From Candidatus Latescibacterota bacterium (GTDB lineage: Bacteria > Latescibacterota > UBA2968): DNA of 64,000 nucleotides. Shown here piece after piece: positions 37,917 to 48,139 of the stretch (the stretch's first letter is position 1; each line of letters begins with the position of its first letter). Below the pieces are notes generated by a model, which was given only the letters and a program-made list of their open reading frames with translations, had not been told where the DNA came from and searched no databases. The position numbers and the translations under genes are program-made. Where the stretch lies: the NCBI GenBank assembly GCA_965222605.1, contig OZ244960.1:3104001-3168000 (forward strand), read 5' to 3'.

Positions 37917-40268
37917 TCATTCATCTCGCAGGGCATCCGCCGGGTTTGCGCGTGCGGCTTTGAGGATCTGGGACGTGACAGTTGTGAGTACGACGAGGAA
38001 CATGGCTATGCTGCCGAGCAAGAAGGCACCCATGCCCAATTCAGTGCGATAGGCGAAGGTTTGTAACCATTGATTGGTCGCGTAATAGGCGATAGGGAAT
38101 GCGATGAGGCTTGATAGGGCGATGTAGAGGACAAATTCTCGTGAGAGCAGGGATAAGATTTGGGTCTGGGATGCGCCCAGGACTTTGCGAATGCCGATTT
38201 CTTTGGTGCGTCTGGTTGTGGCGAGTGCAGCCAGTCCGAATGCGCCGAGTGCGGCGATGAAGATGGCGAATCCGGTGGCGTATTGGATCATGAGATTCCA
38301 GCGTTCTTCTTTTTTGTATTGTTTGTCTAAGTCTTCATCGATGAATGAAAAGTTGAATGCGTGGTTGGGTGTGACTTTTTCCCACTGTTCTTTGATAAAT
38401 GCGATGGTGCCCGGTACATTTTCGGGGCGAATGCGAACCAACAAGCGTCCGGTGTATGTGCTGAGTGGCAGGACAGCGGGCGCAACTTTGTGATGCAGGG
38501 AGCGAAAATGGAAATTTTGAACAACGCCGATGATGGTTCTGTTTTTTGAGCCACTGTATCTGATTGTTTTGCCAACGGGATCTTCTATGCCGAATTTTTG
38601 GACGAGTGCCTCGTTGACAATGACCGCTTCTTTGGCGTCGGTTGGAAATTCTCTGTCGTATTCTCGACCTGCAACGAGTTTTATGTCGAGTGTTTTGAAC
38701 AGGTCGTAGTCAATACTAATACCTTCAACGGGTTGCTCTGGCTCTCCTTGATATGTTACATAGGTTGACAAACTCATGTCGTTGTTTAGAGGATGGTTAA
38801 GCCATGTTGTGCTGATCACGGCATGATGAGACAGCAGGGCATCCCGAAAAACCGTTTCTGTGGTTTTGTTTTCTTTTTTTAAGTCTCTGGTCGAAATGGC
38901 GACAACGTGTTCGGTTTGATATCCCAGGGATTGGGTTCGCAAGAATGTGAGTTGGTTGTTCATCATCAGGGTGGTGATGATGAAGAATATGGATAGGGCA
39001 AACTGAAAAACGATTAATACGTTGCCAAAACGATTGCCTGTTTTCATTTGCAATTTGCTCGCGATGATTTGGGTCGGCTGCAGGCGGGATAGCACAAAGG
39101 CGGGATAACCTCCTGCTGTGAAGCCAACGAGGCTGACAAGGAGAATGAGAAAAGCGAGAGTTGTGGGATTGAGACCGTCGGCCAGGGCAAGGGATTTTCC
39201 AGATAGGTTATTGAATGTTGGCAAGGCGAGTTCTGCGATGGCAATGCCAGCGATGAGTGCGATGAAGATGAGTAAGAGTGATTCTCCGATAAATTGGTTT
39301 GCGATTTGCATGCGCCCTGCGCCGACGACTTTTCGCAAGCCGACTTCTCGTGCCCGCGTTGCCTGCCTGCCGAGGGTCAGGGTGGTGAAGTTGACACAGG
39401 CGATAAATAGGACGAGGATTGCAATGCCCGATAAGATGTATGAGTAAACTGGATTACTGCGACGGCTTACATACATGGTTTGATCAAAGTGTATTTTGGT
39501 GAGTGGTTGAAGTTTGATCTGGTTCTCGCGCTTTTCGTCCCACCAGTTTTTGGTCCATTTGGGAAATTGCTGTTCGAGACTGTTTGGGGATATATTCGGG
39601 GGGAGCATCATGAAAGTAAATATGCTGTAGAAATCCCATCTGTCTTCGATCTTACTTTGTTCAAAGGGTAGTAGTACGTCAAACTGAATTGTGGAGTTTT
39701 TGGGCACGTTTTGCACAACGCTTGTGATGGTGTAATCTTGAATTTCATTTTTGTATTCAATGGGAAGCACTGCTCCGACGGGGTTGGCATTGTTGAAATA
39801 TTTCTGAGCGGTTTTTTCTGTTATGAGTGCGGAATATTTGTCCTGGAGTGCATTCGCAGGGTCGCCTTGAATGATTGAAAAAGAGAAAATGTCGAGAAAA
39901 TTGGGATCGGTAAAACCCAATTTTGTCCGAAAAGCGCGATTTTCTGTTCCAATTTTCCCCGTGCGAGATGTGAAACGAACCGTTTGCATGTCGGGGAATG
40001 CTTCTGTTATTGCGGGTCCGAGAGGGCCAGGTGTTACACCGTGAACGCGCTCGTTTCGCCCCTTTATGTAAACTCGATAGATGCGGTCGGCGTTTTCGTG
40101 AAAGGCGTCGTAGGTCCATTCGTTGTAGGTAAAGAGGAAGGTGAGGATACAAAAGGCGAGGCCAATGGCAATGCCGGTGATGTTGATGACCGAGTAGATG
40201 CGGTGCCTGGCGAGGTTGCGGATTGCCGTTTTCAGGTAGTTACTGAATAATGACATTTCAACGAACAT
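37917..40268 (-). CDS. MacB/FtsX-type ABC permease, subfamily A
   Basis: 783 aa; permease motifs; AGGAG RBS. Confidence 0.95.
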   Translation of the reverse strand: MFVEMSLFSNYLKTAIRNLARHRIYSVINITGIAIGLAFCILTFLFTYNEWTYDAFHENADRIYRVYIKGRNERVHGVTPGPLGPAITEAFPDMQTVRFTSRTGKIGTENRAFRTKLGFTDPNFLDIFSFSIIQGDPANALQDKYSALITEKTAQKYFNNANPVGAVLPIEYKNEIQDYTITSVVQNVPKNSTIQFDVLLPFEQSKIEDRWDFYSIFTFMMLPPNISPNSLEQQFPKWTKNWWDEKRENQIKLQPLTKIHFDQTMYVSRRSNPVYSYILSGIAILVLFIACVNFTTLTLGRQATRAREVGLRKVVGAGRMQIANQFIGESLLLIFIALIAGIAIAELALPTFNNLSGKSLALADGLNPTTLAFLILLVSLVGFTAGGYPAFVLSRLQPTQIIASKLQMKTGNRFGNVLIVFQFALSIFFIITTLMMNNQLTFLRTQSLGYQTEHVVAISTRDLKKENKTTETVFRDALLSHHAVISTTWLNHPLNNDMSLSTYVTYQGEPEQPVEGISIDYDLFKTLDIKLVAGREYDREFPTDAKEAVIVNEALVQKFGIEDPVGKTIRYSGSKNRTIIGVVQNFHFRSLHHKVAPAVLPLSTYTGRLLVRIRPENVPGTIAFIKEQWEKVTPNHAFNFSFIDEDLDKQYKKEERWNLMIQYATGFAIFIAALGAFGLAALATTRRTKEIGIRKVLGASQTQILSLLSREFVLYIALSSLIAFPIAYYATNQWLQTFAYRTELGMGAFLLGSIAMFLVVLTTVTSQILKAARANPADALRDE

Positions 40269-40294
40269 TGGTTTCTCCTCTGTATAGGAATTGA

Positions 40295-42724
40295 TTACTC
40301 ATATCGCAGTGCATCAATCGGGTTAGAACGCGCTGCGCGAATGGCTTGCGTGCTCACGGTTCCAAATGCGATGATCAGAGCCATTATCGCGCTTGCAACA
40401 AATGGCAATACATTCAGGTCTGTCTGATAGGCAAACCCGGAGAGCCAGTTGTGCATTAGATAGTAGGCAATTGGCCAGGCGATGCCGTTGGCGAGAAGAA
40501 CGAGGAATATAAATTCGCGCGAGAGTAGCATCACCAGATGTGGTGTGGATGCGCCCAGGACCTTCCGCACGCCAATTTCTTTGGTGCGAGATTGAACCAT
40601 AAACGCGGCCAGTCCAAACAGTCCCAAACACGCTACAAAAATTGCGAGCAACGAAAATATCCCGAGCATTTTGCCGGTGAGTTGTTCGTTGAAATAGACC
40701 CAATCAATGATCTCGTCCATGAAGTGATATTCAAAGGGCGCGTCCGGTACAAAGCGTTTCCACTGTGTTTCGAGAAAGGACAGGGTTTGCGCAGTGTTTT
40801 CTGGTCGGATGCGCAGGACCAGCGAATAAAACATCTTCCAGCGGGCCAAAAATCCCATGGGGGCTATTTCTTCTCGTAGTGTCAAATTGTGGTAATCTTT
40901 TACGACCCCAATTACTATCAGGGATAGGTTGTCATATGCTGGTAACACAATCTGTTTGCCAATCGGATCGTCCTCCCAGCCGAGCAGGCGCACGGCTGTT
41001 TCGTTCAAAATAATCGCCTGAGAGGTATCGCTGGCAACATCGGCTGAAAAGGCGCGACCGCGAAGCACGGGAATATCAAATGTTTCAAAGAATGAATCAT
41101 CGACCTCGTTTATGCGAAATGTCCGTTCTTTTGTGGGGTCCCCATCGGGCCAGGCCAGTCGCAGTCGTCCGCTGTATCCCGTAATGTTGTATCGCAGTGC
41201 CGACGCGCTGAGGATATTGGGATGTTCGAGAAAGACCTGTTTGACCATAAGGTGGCGTGCCGAAAGACGTTTTTGTGGGTTGGATTCTTTCGAAAAATCG
41301 CGGACAAAGATCGGCAAACTCACAATGTGATCGCGTGCAAAACCCATCTCTTTGGTTTCTATAAATCTCAGTTGTTGATAAACTATTAGGGTGCAGATTA
41401 CCAGCAAAATGGACATGCCAAACTGAAAAACCACGAGTCCTTTCTTCAGCCCATTGGAACCCGATGAGGAAGATGCACTGCTTTTTAATGCTGTTACCGG
41501 GCTAAAAGAGGAGAGGAAAAATGCCGGATACCATCCCGCCAGCAATCCGACTGCTAATGTTAGTGCCAATACCGCTGGCGCACCTGCCATAACCATAGCC
41601 GCGTTGAGGTGCAGATCGCCGCGCACAAATTGGTTGAATAAGGGCAGGCATAACTCGACCAGTGCGAGGGCAATCAGCAGGGCGGAACAGGTTAAAAGCA
41701 GGGATTCAGTTAAAAATTGAACCACCAATTGTGGACGATGCGCGCCAACCACTTTTCGCACACCTACTTCGCGCTTGCGGGTGACAGCGCGTGCAGTTGC
41801 CAGATTTGTAAAGTTCACGCATGCAATGACCACTACGATTAGTCCGATAGCCGTTAGCATGTAAATTTTTTGAATGGGGCTGTCGGCAGTTGGGTTAAAA
41901 TCGGATTCGCCATACAGGTACATGCGGTGCAGGGGCTGCAAATAGTAGGTGTTTTTTTTCGCAACTTCATCCCCCATATACTGTTTGATCAACGGCTGCA
42001 TTTTCGTTTGTAGGATTTCTGCGTTTTGTCCTGCTTTTAATAGCACAAAGGTTTTTACCGGACGCCACGATTGCGTGGGTCGCCATAGTGTCCACACCTC
42101 TTGCGTTTCTTCTACGGGCGTCAGAGTGGTTGAGAGTATTTCAAAATAAAGGCCTGATGAGAGATGTGGTGCTTTTACGATGCCGGTGACTGTGTACTCG
42201 CCAGGGAAACTGACGTTGTCGATTGAGAATGTTTGGCCCATTGGGTCAATATCGCCAAATAAGTGTTGCGCCATGTCGTCGGTAATGACTACAGAGTAGG
42301 GCGTGCGAAACGCAGTCTCTAAGTCTCCTTTTATAAGGGGAAAATCAAATACGTCTAAAAAGTTGTCATCTACCAGTCCGAACTGATATTGACCCTCGCG
42401 CTCGCCGTATTGTGCAGATACAGTCCATCGCCAGATACGCACGGTTGTTTCTACTTCGGGAAATGTTTCTTCCAACACGGGACCGAGTGCGCCTGATGTA
42501 CCTTCTGTGTATGATGTTTGCGTACTGCCGCGTTGTTCCCGAATCACTTTGTAAATGCGGTCGCCCAGGGTGTGGGAGCGATTTACTGCAAATTCCTGTT
42601 GGATATACAAGAGGATCAAAATGCCACACGCTAACCCAATGGCAAGTCCCAATACATTGATGGAGGTGTACAATTTGTGCCGCATCAGATTGCGGATCGC
42701 AACGGTCAGATAATTTTTGATCAT
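40295..42724 (-). CDS. MacB/FtsX-type ABC permease, subfamily B (only intact copy)
   Basis: 809 aa; MIKNYLTVAIRNLMRHKLYTSINVLG. Confidence 0.95.
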   Translation of the reverse strand: MIKNYLTVAIRNLMRHKLYTSINVLGLAIGLACGILILLYIQQEFAVNRSHTLGDRIYKVIREQRGSTQTSYTEGTSGALGPVLEETFPEVETTVRIWRWTVSAQYGEREGQYQFGLVDDNFLDVFDFPLIKGDLETAFRTPYSVVITDDMAQHLFGDIDPMGQTFSIDNVSFPGEYTVTGIVKAPHLSSGLYFEILSTTLTPVEETQEVWTLWRPTQSWRPVKTFVLLKAGQNAEILQTKMQPLIKQYMGDEVAKKNTYYLQPLHRMYLYGESDFNPTADSPIQKIYMLTAIGLIVVVIACVNFTNLATARAVTRKREVGVRKVVGAHRPQLVVQFLTESLLLTCSALLIALALVELCLPLFNQFVRGDLHLNAAMVMAGAPAVLALTLAVGLLAGWYPAFFLSSFSPVTALKSSASSSSGSNGLKKGLVVFQFGMSILLVICTLIVYQQLRFIETKEMGFARDHIVSLPIFVRDFSKESNPQKRLSARHLMVKQVFLEHPNILSASALRYNITGYSGRLRLAWPDGDPTKERTFRINEVDDSFFETFDIPVLRGRAFSADVASDTSQAIILNETAVRLLGWEDDPIGKQIVLPAYDNLSLIVIGVVKDYHNLTLREEIAPMGFLARWKMFYSLVLRIRPENTAQTLSFLETQWKRFVPDAPFEYHFMDEIIDWVYFNEQLTGKMLGIFSLLAIFVACLGLFGLAAFMVQSRTKEIGVRKVLGASTPHLVMLLSREFIFLVLLANGIAWPIAYYLMHNWLSGFAYQTDLNVLPFVASAIMALIIAFGTVSTQAIRAARSNPIDALRYE

Positions 42725-42771
42725 GGTCTTATCTCCTGTTCCGTCCTGTTATTCCGCAGCAGGCGCGACGA

Positions 42772-45099
42772 TTACTCATCTCTCAAAGCGTCCGCCGGGT
42801 TTGCGCGTGCGGCTTTGAGGGTCTGGGTGGTGACGGTTGTGAGTACGACGAGGAACATGGCCAGACTGCCGAGTAAGAAGGCGCCAATACCCAATTCGGT
42901 GCGGTAGGCGAAGGTTTGTAACCATTGATTGGTCGCGTAATAAGCGATAGGGAATGCGATGAGGCTTGATAGGGCGATGTAGAGGATAAATTCCCGCGAG
43001 AGCAGGGATAAGATTTGAGATTGCGATGCGCCCAGGACTTTGCGAATGCCAATTTCTTTGGTGCGTCTGGTAGTGGCGAGTGCCGCCAGTCCAAATGCGC
43101 CGAGTGCAGCGATGAAGATGGCGAATCCTGTGGCGTATTGGATCATGAGATTCCAGCGTTCTTCTTTTTTGTATTGTCTGTCTATGTTTTCATTGAGAAA
43201 CGAAAATCTGAATGCATGGTCGGGGGCGACTTCAGCCCATTTTTCTTTTATAAATGCGATGGTGCCCGGCACGTTTTCGGGGCGAATGCGGACTAATAAG
43301 CGTACGGTAATTGCACGGAGGGATAGAACGGCGGGTTCAACTTCGTGATGCAAAGAGCGAAAATGGAAATTTTGAACAACGCCAATGATGGTCTTGTCTC
43401 GTCCATGTTTGATTGTTTTGCCAACGGGATCTTCTATGCCGAGTTTTTTGACGAGTGCTTCGTTGACAATGATTGATTTTTTAGCATCTGTTGGAAATTC
43501 TCTGTCGTATTCTCGACCTGCAACGAGTTTGATGTCGAGTGTTCTGAACAAATCGTAATCAATGTAGATGTTCTCAACGTATTGCCTTGGATTTCCTTCA
43601 TAAGTCACATCAGCCCGGGAACTCATGGTGTTTGTAAAATAATGATTAAGCCAGGTTGTGCTGATCACTGAGGGATGTGACAGCAGGGCATCCCGAAAAA
43701 CGTTTGGAAAGGTTTTGCTTTCTCTTTCCAGTGCATGGGTCTGAATGGCGACAACATGTTCGGTTTGATACCCCAGTGGTTGGGCTCGCAGGAATGTGAG
43801 TTGTTTGCTCATCATCAAGGTGACAATGATGAAAAATATGGATAGGGCAAACTGAAAAATGACCAGTACTTTGCCAAAACGATTGCCCGTTTTAATTTGC
43901 AACCGGCTTGTTATGATTTGGGTTGGCTGCAGGCGGGATAGGATAAAGGCGGGATACCCCCCTGCTGTGATGCCAACGAAGCTGACCAGGAGAATGAGGA
44001 AGGCGAGTGTTGTGGTGTTGAGGCCGTCGCTCATGGATAGGGATTTATCAGCCAGATTGTTGAATGTTGGCAACGTGAGTTCTGCTATGGCAATGCCAAT
44101 GATGAGCGCGATGAAGATGAGCAAGAGGGATTCGCCGATAAATTGGTTTGCAATCTGCATGCGTCCCGCGCCGACGACTTTTCGCAAGCCGACTTCCCGC
44201 GCCCGCGTTGCCTGTCGTCCGAGGGTCAGGGTGATGAAGTTGACACAGGCGATAAACAGGACGAGGATTGCAATGCCCGATAAGATGTATGAATAAACTG
44301 GATTGCTGCTATTATATACCCCCAGGCTTTGAGCGAAATGCATTTGGGTGATAGGTAGGAGTTTGAGTTCTTTCTCGCTTTTTTCGCCCCACCAGATTTT
44401 GGTCAATCTGGGAAATTGTTGTTCGACACTATTTGGGGATACATTCGGGGGGAGCATCATATACGTAGTCAGGTAGTGCGTATTCCATTGGTTTTTGGCC
44501 TGGACCCAGGATGCCCGTTCAAATGGCAGCAGTACGTCAAATTGAATTGTGGAGTTTTTGGGCACGTTTTTTATAATGCCCGTGATGGTGTAGTTTTGAA
44601 TTTCCTCTCCGCGTTGAATAGGAAGCAGTTCTCCAACCGGATTGGCGTTGTTGAAATACTTTTGAGCAATTTTTTCTGTTATGAGTGCTGAATATTTGTC
44701 CTGGAGTGCTTGAGCGGGATCGCCGTGAATGACTGAGAAAGAAAAAATGTCGAGGAAGTTGGGATCGACAACCCCCAAATGCGCTTGAAAAGCGAGATCT
44801 TCTGTACCAATTTTTCCCCCGGTACTCCTGAAACGAACGGTCTGCATGTCTGGGAATGCTTCTGTTAATGCGGGTCCGAGGGGATCTGGTGTTATACCAG
44901 AAACCCGATAGATGCGGTCGGCGTTTTCGTGAAAGGTGTCATAAGTCCATTCGTTGTGGACAAAGAGGGAGGTGAGGATGCAAAAGGCGAGGCCGATGGC
45001 AATGCCAATGATGTTGATGGCAGAGTAGATGCGGTGCCTGGCGAGGTTGCGGATCGCTGTTTTCAGGTAGCTACTGAGTAAAGATATTTCAGAGAACAT
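42772..45099 (-). CDS. MacB/FtsX-type ABC permease, subfamily A
   Basis: 775 aa; permease motifs. Confidence 0.95.
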   Translation of the reverse strand: MFSEISLLSSYLKTAIRNLARHRIYSAINIIGIAIGLAFCILTSLFVHNEWTYDTFHENADRIYRVSGITPDPLGPALTEAFPDMQTVRFRSTGGKIGTEDLAFQAHLGVVDPNFLDIFSFSVIHGDPAQALQDKYSALITEKIAQKYFNNANPVGELLPIQRGEEIQNYTITGIIKNVPKNSTIQFDVLLPFERASWVQAKNQWNTHYLTTYMMLPPNVSPNSVEQQFPRLTKIWWGEKSEKELKLLPITQMHFAQSLGVYNSSNPVYSYILSGIAILVLFIACVNFITLTLGRQATRAREVGLRKVVGAGRMQIANQFIGESLLLIFIALIIGIAIAELTLPTFNNLADKSLSMSDGLNTTTLAFLILLVSFVGITAGGYPAFILSRLQPTQIITSRLQIKTGNRFGKVLVIFQFALSIFFIIVTLMMSKQLTFLRAQPLGYQTEHVVAIQTHALERESKTFPNVFRDALLSHPSVISTTWLNHYFTNTMSSRADVTYEGNPRQYVENIYIDYDLFRTLDIKLVAGREYDREFPTDAKKSIIVNEALVKKLGIEDPVGKTIKHGRDKTIIGVVQNFHFRSLHHEVEPAVLSLRAITVRLLVRIRPENVPGTIAFIKEKWAEVAPDHAFRFSFLNENIDRQYKKEERWNLMIQYATGFAIFIAALGAFGLAALATTRRTKEIGIRKVLGASQSQILSLLSREFILYIALSSLIAFPIAYYATNQWLQTFAYRTELGIGAFLLGSLAMFLVVLTTVTTQTLKAARANPADALRDE

Positions 45100-45151
45100 T
45101 GGTCTCTCCTGTTTATGGTGTGAAATAAACTTTGTATTTCAGCAGGTGCAG

Positions 45152-45733
45152 TCAGCCCGCCCAACCCCCGACCTGTTGTTTTTCCAACGCGCGTTTTAAC
45201 TGATGGCGTCCTCGGTAGAGCCAGATTTTCACTGTGCCGAGGGGGACTTGCATTTCCCACACGATTTCGCGGTAGGACAGTTCTTTTATGTAGCGAAGCC
45301 ACATTGCGCGTTGTTGTACTTTGGGCAATGTGCGTAAGCCCTGTGTTAAGAGTTGATGGCGTTCCTTTTGTATGACGCTATCTTCTGGCGTTGTCAGAGT
45401 AATTGGTTCGGGCATTTGTTGTGCTGCGGTTTGCAGACCATTTTTTCGGGATAGTCGAGACCGAAGGTGTGATCGCCCGACGTTGAAGGCAATGCGCGTT
45501 AGCCAGGTTGTGAATGCCGAGTCGCCGCGAAAATGGCGCAGGCCCTGAAAGACTTTCATGAATACCACCTGGATCAAGTCATCGGCTTCCTCGCGGTCCT
45601 GCACATATCGCCCGACAATGGCGCGTACGCGATTCTGGTGCAGATAGTAGAGTTTGCCAAACGCGCTTTCGTCGCCGGCTTTTATCATGAGGATCAATTG
45701 TACATCGTTTTCTATGTCTGATCGTTTATTCAT
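45152..45733 (-). CDS. ECF sigma-70 factor
   Basis: Region 2 (AFGKLY...DLIQVVF...FRGDSAFTTWLTRIA) and region 4 (LSYREI...VPLGTVKIWLYRGR); overlaps the upstream permease stop. Confidence 0.92.
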   Translation of the reverse strand: MNKRSDIENDVQLILMIKAGDESAFGKLYYLHQNRVRAIVGRYVQDREEADDLIQVVFMKVFQGLRHFRGDSAFTTWLTRIAFNVGRSHLRSRLSRKNGLQTAAQQMPEPITLTTPEDSVIQKERHQLLTQGLRTLPKVQQRAMWLRYIKELSYREIVWEMQVPLGTVKIWLYRGRHQLKRALEKQQVGGWAG

Positions 45734-48095
45734 ACCGCAGTGCCTCCACGGGGTTCATTTTTGCCGCTTTCACAGCTTGCAGGCTCACTGTTCCGATTAC
45801 GACCAATAGTGTCAGTACACCGCCCAGCACGAACGCTCCAATCCCCAGCTCAATCCGATACGCGAAGTCCGATAGCCATTTGCTCATTGCCCAGTAGGCG
45901 ACTGGCCAGGCGAGTACATTTGCAATGGCTACCAGCAGAACGAATTCGCGCGATAGCAAACTCACGACGTTTGTGATGCTGGCGCCCAATATTTTGCGAA
46001 TGCCAATCTCTTTGGTGCGCCGGGTTACGGCGAGTGCTGTCAATCCAAATGCTCCCAGACACGCTATAAAAATGGCAAATAGGGTTCCGTATCCGATCAT
46101 GCGATGCCATCGCTCTTCGGTTCGGTATTGGCGATCGATGCCTTCGTCGAGGAATGAATAACGGAATTCAGGGGATTGTGTTATGGCTTCCCATTGTTCT
46201 TTCATAAATGACAGTGTGCCGGGGATATCTTCGGCATGCACCCGGATCAGCAGTCGGCTAAAGTATTGATTTGCTGGGTCGCATTTCAGGAGTGCGGGGC
46301 CAATTTTGTGATGGAGAGAGCGAAAATGAAAATCTTTCACGACGCCAATCACTGTCATATCAGTAAAAAATTTCAGTGTTTTGCCGAGCGGTGGTCCCGG
46401 TCCCAATTGCCTGGCCAGGGTTTCATTGATAATTACAGATGCAGCAGGGTCTGTTACAAATTCTCGTGAATAATTTCGCCCTTCGATCAATTTGATGTCG
46501 AGGGTTGGTACAAAGTCATAATCGACAAAGAAGACCTCCACGCCGCTTAAGCTCGTTCCATCATGTACCACATTCCCGCGCGACTGGTATCCATTGCGCA
46601 TCATGTGATATATTGGGGTTACACCGAGAATTGCGTGATGGGATAACAGGGCGTCCCGATAGGTTTCAATGCCTTTTGGTCCCAGGTCTCGCAGCTTGCT
46701 GAGGCGACTGACGGCAATCAAATGTTCGCTGTCAAATCCCAGGGGTTTGGTCCGCAAATAGTCGAGTTGAGAGGTCATGATGAGGGCACAGATGACCAGA
46801 ACCGCAGACATCGCGATCTGGAAGACTACGAGAAACTGGCTGAATAATCCCGCACTGACAATTTTCAATCTGCCTTTGAGTACGTGAATTGGCATGAAGC
46901 CGGAGAGGACAAAGGCTGGATAGGTGCCTGCAAGCAGGCCGATGATCAAAGTTAGACCCATTAGCGAGGCAAATGCCGGACCATCCAGATGTGCAACCAA
47001 AGATAGTTTTTGCGCCATGAGGTTGTTGAACAATGGCAGTAAAAGTTCTGATAGGGCGAGTCCGATCACAAAGGCTATGAGGCTCAAGAGAACGGATTCT
47101 GTGAGAAATTGTACAATGACCTGGGGCTTGTGTGCGCCAACGACTTTGCGTATGCCGATTTCCCGCGCCCGAGAAGCCGATCGTCCCAGAGCGAGGGTCA
47201 TAAAGTTCACGCAGGCGACAAATAGTACGAGAGCTGTAATGCACAACAGGATGTAGCTGTATGCCGGGTCCGTGGCGGATTCGGGTGCGCGGATATTTGG
47301 ATTGAAATGGACATCTGCAAGCGGCTGCAACTTCATCTCATGGTTTTCACCCATGATGGGCCACTTCCAGTTTAAAAGAAAACGCGGAAATGACTTTTCC
47401 AGGTCTTCGGCGCGAACCTGATTGTGAAGCAAGACGTAAGTACTGGTGTCACTTATGTAATTCCACGAGTTGAGCGCGTCTTCGACATTCTCATAGGACT
47501 GAATGCAGTCGAATTGAATGCTGGATGTTTCGGGGATGTCTTTTACGATGCCTGTAATCAGAGCCTGATGGATTTTTGAGTTTCTTGTGAAAGAGATCGA
47601 TTTCCCCATTGGGTCGGTGTTGCCGAAGAATTTTTGAGCGGCTGTTTCTGATATAATAATGGCGTCTTTGCGATTTAGTGCTGTTGCGGGGTCGCCTTTT
47701 ATCAGGGGAAATGAGAATACATCCCAGAAATCCGGATCGACATAAATAATGCGTTCTTGAAATGAATGGTCGCCATATTGGAGTGTGAGAGAAGTGGTGT
47801 TAATTCTCACGACGTGCTGCATTTGTGTGGGGAATGCTTCTGCCAACTTTGGACCGAGAGGACCCGGCATGGCAGCTGAGGCATCGCTGCCTTCGCCTAC
47901 TTCTCCTTTATTGTAAATGCGATAAATCCGATTTGCTTTTTCGTGGAATGCGTCAAAGGACCATTCGTGTCGTATGTACAAGAATGTCAAGATGCAAAAC
48001 GCAATGCCGATTGCCAGGCCAGTAATGTTAATCGCCGAATACACTTTGTAGCGGACGAGATTGCGGTACGCCACGGTCAGATAGTTGCGGAACAT
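45726..48095 (-). CDS. MacB/FtsX-type ABC permease
   Basis: 789 aa; permease motifs; AAGGAG RBS. Confidence 0.95.
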   Translation of the reverse strand: MFRNYLTVAYRNLVRYKVYSAINITGLAIGIAFCILTFLYIRHEWSFDAFHEKANRIYRIYNKGEVGEGSDASAAMPGPLGPKLAEAFPTQMQHVVRINTTSLTLQYGDHSFQERIIYVDPDFWDVFSFPLIKGDPATALNRKDAIIISETAAQKFFGNTDPMGKSISFTRNSKIHQALITGIVKDIPETSSIQFDCIQSYENVEDALNSWNYISDTSTYVLLHNQVRAEDLEKSFPRFLLNWKWPIMGENHEMKLQPLADVHFNPNIRAPESATDPAYSYILLCITALVLFVACVNFMTLALGRSASRAREIGIRKVVGAHKPQVIVQFLTESVLLSLIAFVIGLALSELLLPLFNNLMAQKLSLVAHLDGPAFASLMGLTLIIGLLAGTYPAFVLSGFMPIHVLKGRLKIVSAGLFSQFLVVFQIAMSAVLVICALIMTSQLDYLRTKPLGFDSEHLIAVSRLSKLRDLGPKGIETYRDALLSHHAILGVTPIYHMMRNGYQSRGNVVHDGTSLSGVEVFFVDYDFVPTLDIKLIEGRNYSREFVTDPAASVIINETLARQLGPGPPLGKTLKFFTDMTVIGVVKDFHFRSLHHKIGPALLKCDPANQYFSRLLIRVHAEDIPGTLSFMKEQWEAITQSPEFRYSFLDEGIDRQYRTEERWHRMIGYGTLFAIFIACLGAFGLTALAVTRRTKEIGIRKILGASITNVVSLLSREFVLLVAIANVLAWPVAYWAMSKWLSDFAYRIELGIGAFVLGGVLTLLVVIGTVSLQAVKAAKMNPVEALRYE

Positions 48096-48139
48096 TTTGT
48101 TCTCCTTAGCTGTCCCAGGTGGTCAAGACGCAGCTTGTC

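Noticed and set aside
221-47256. Many recurring plus-strand ORFs such as MRMPISLVR...
   Set aside because: Antisense shadows of conserved permease segments, without RBS or domain features.
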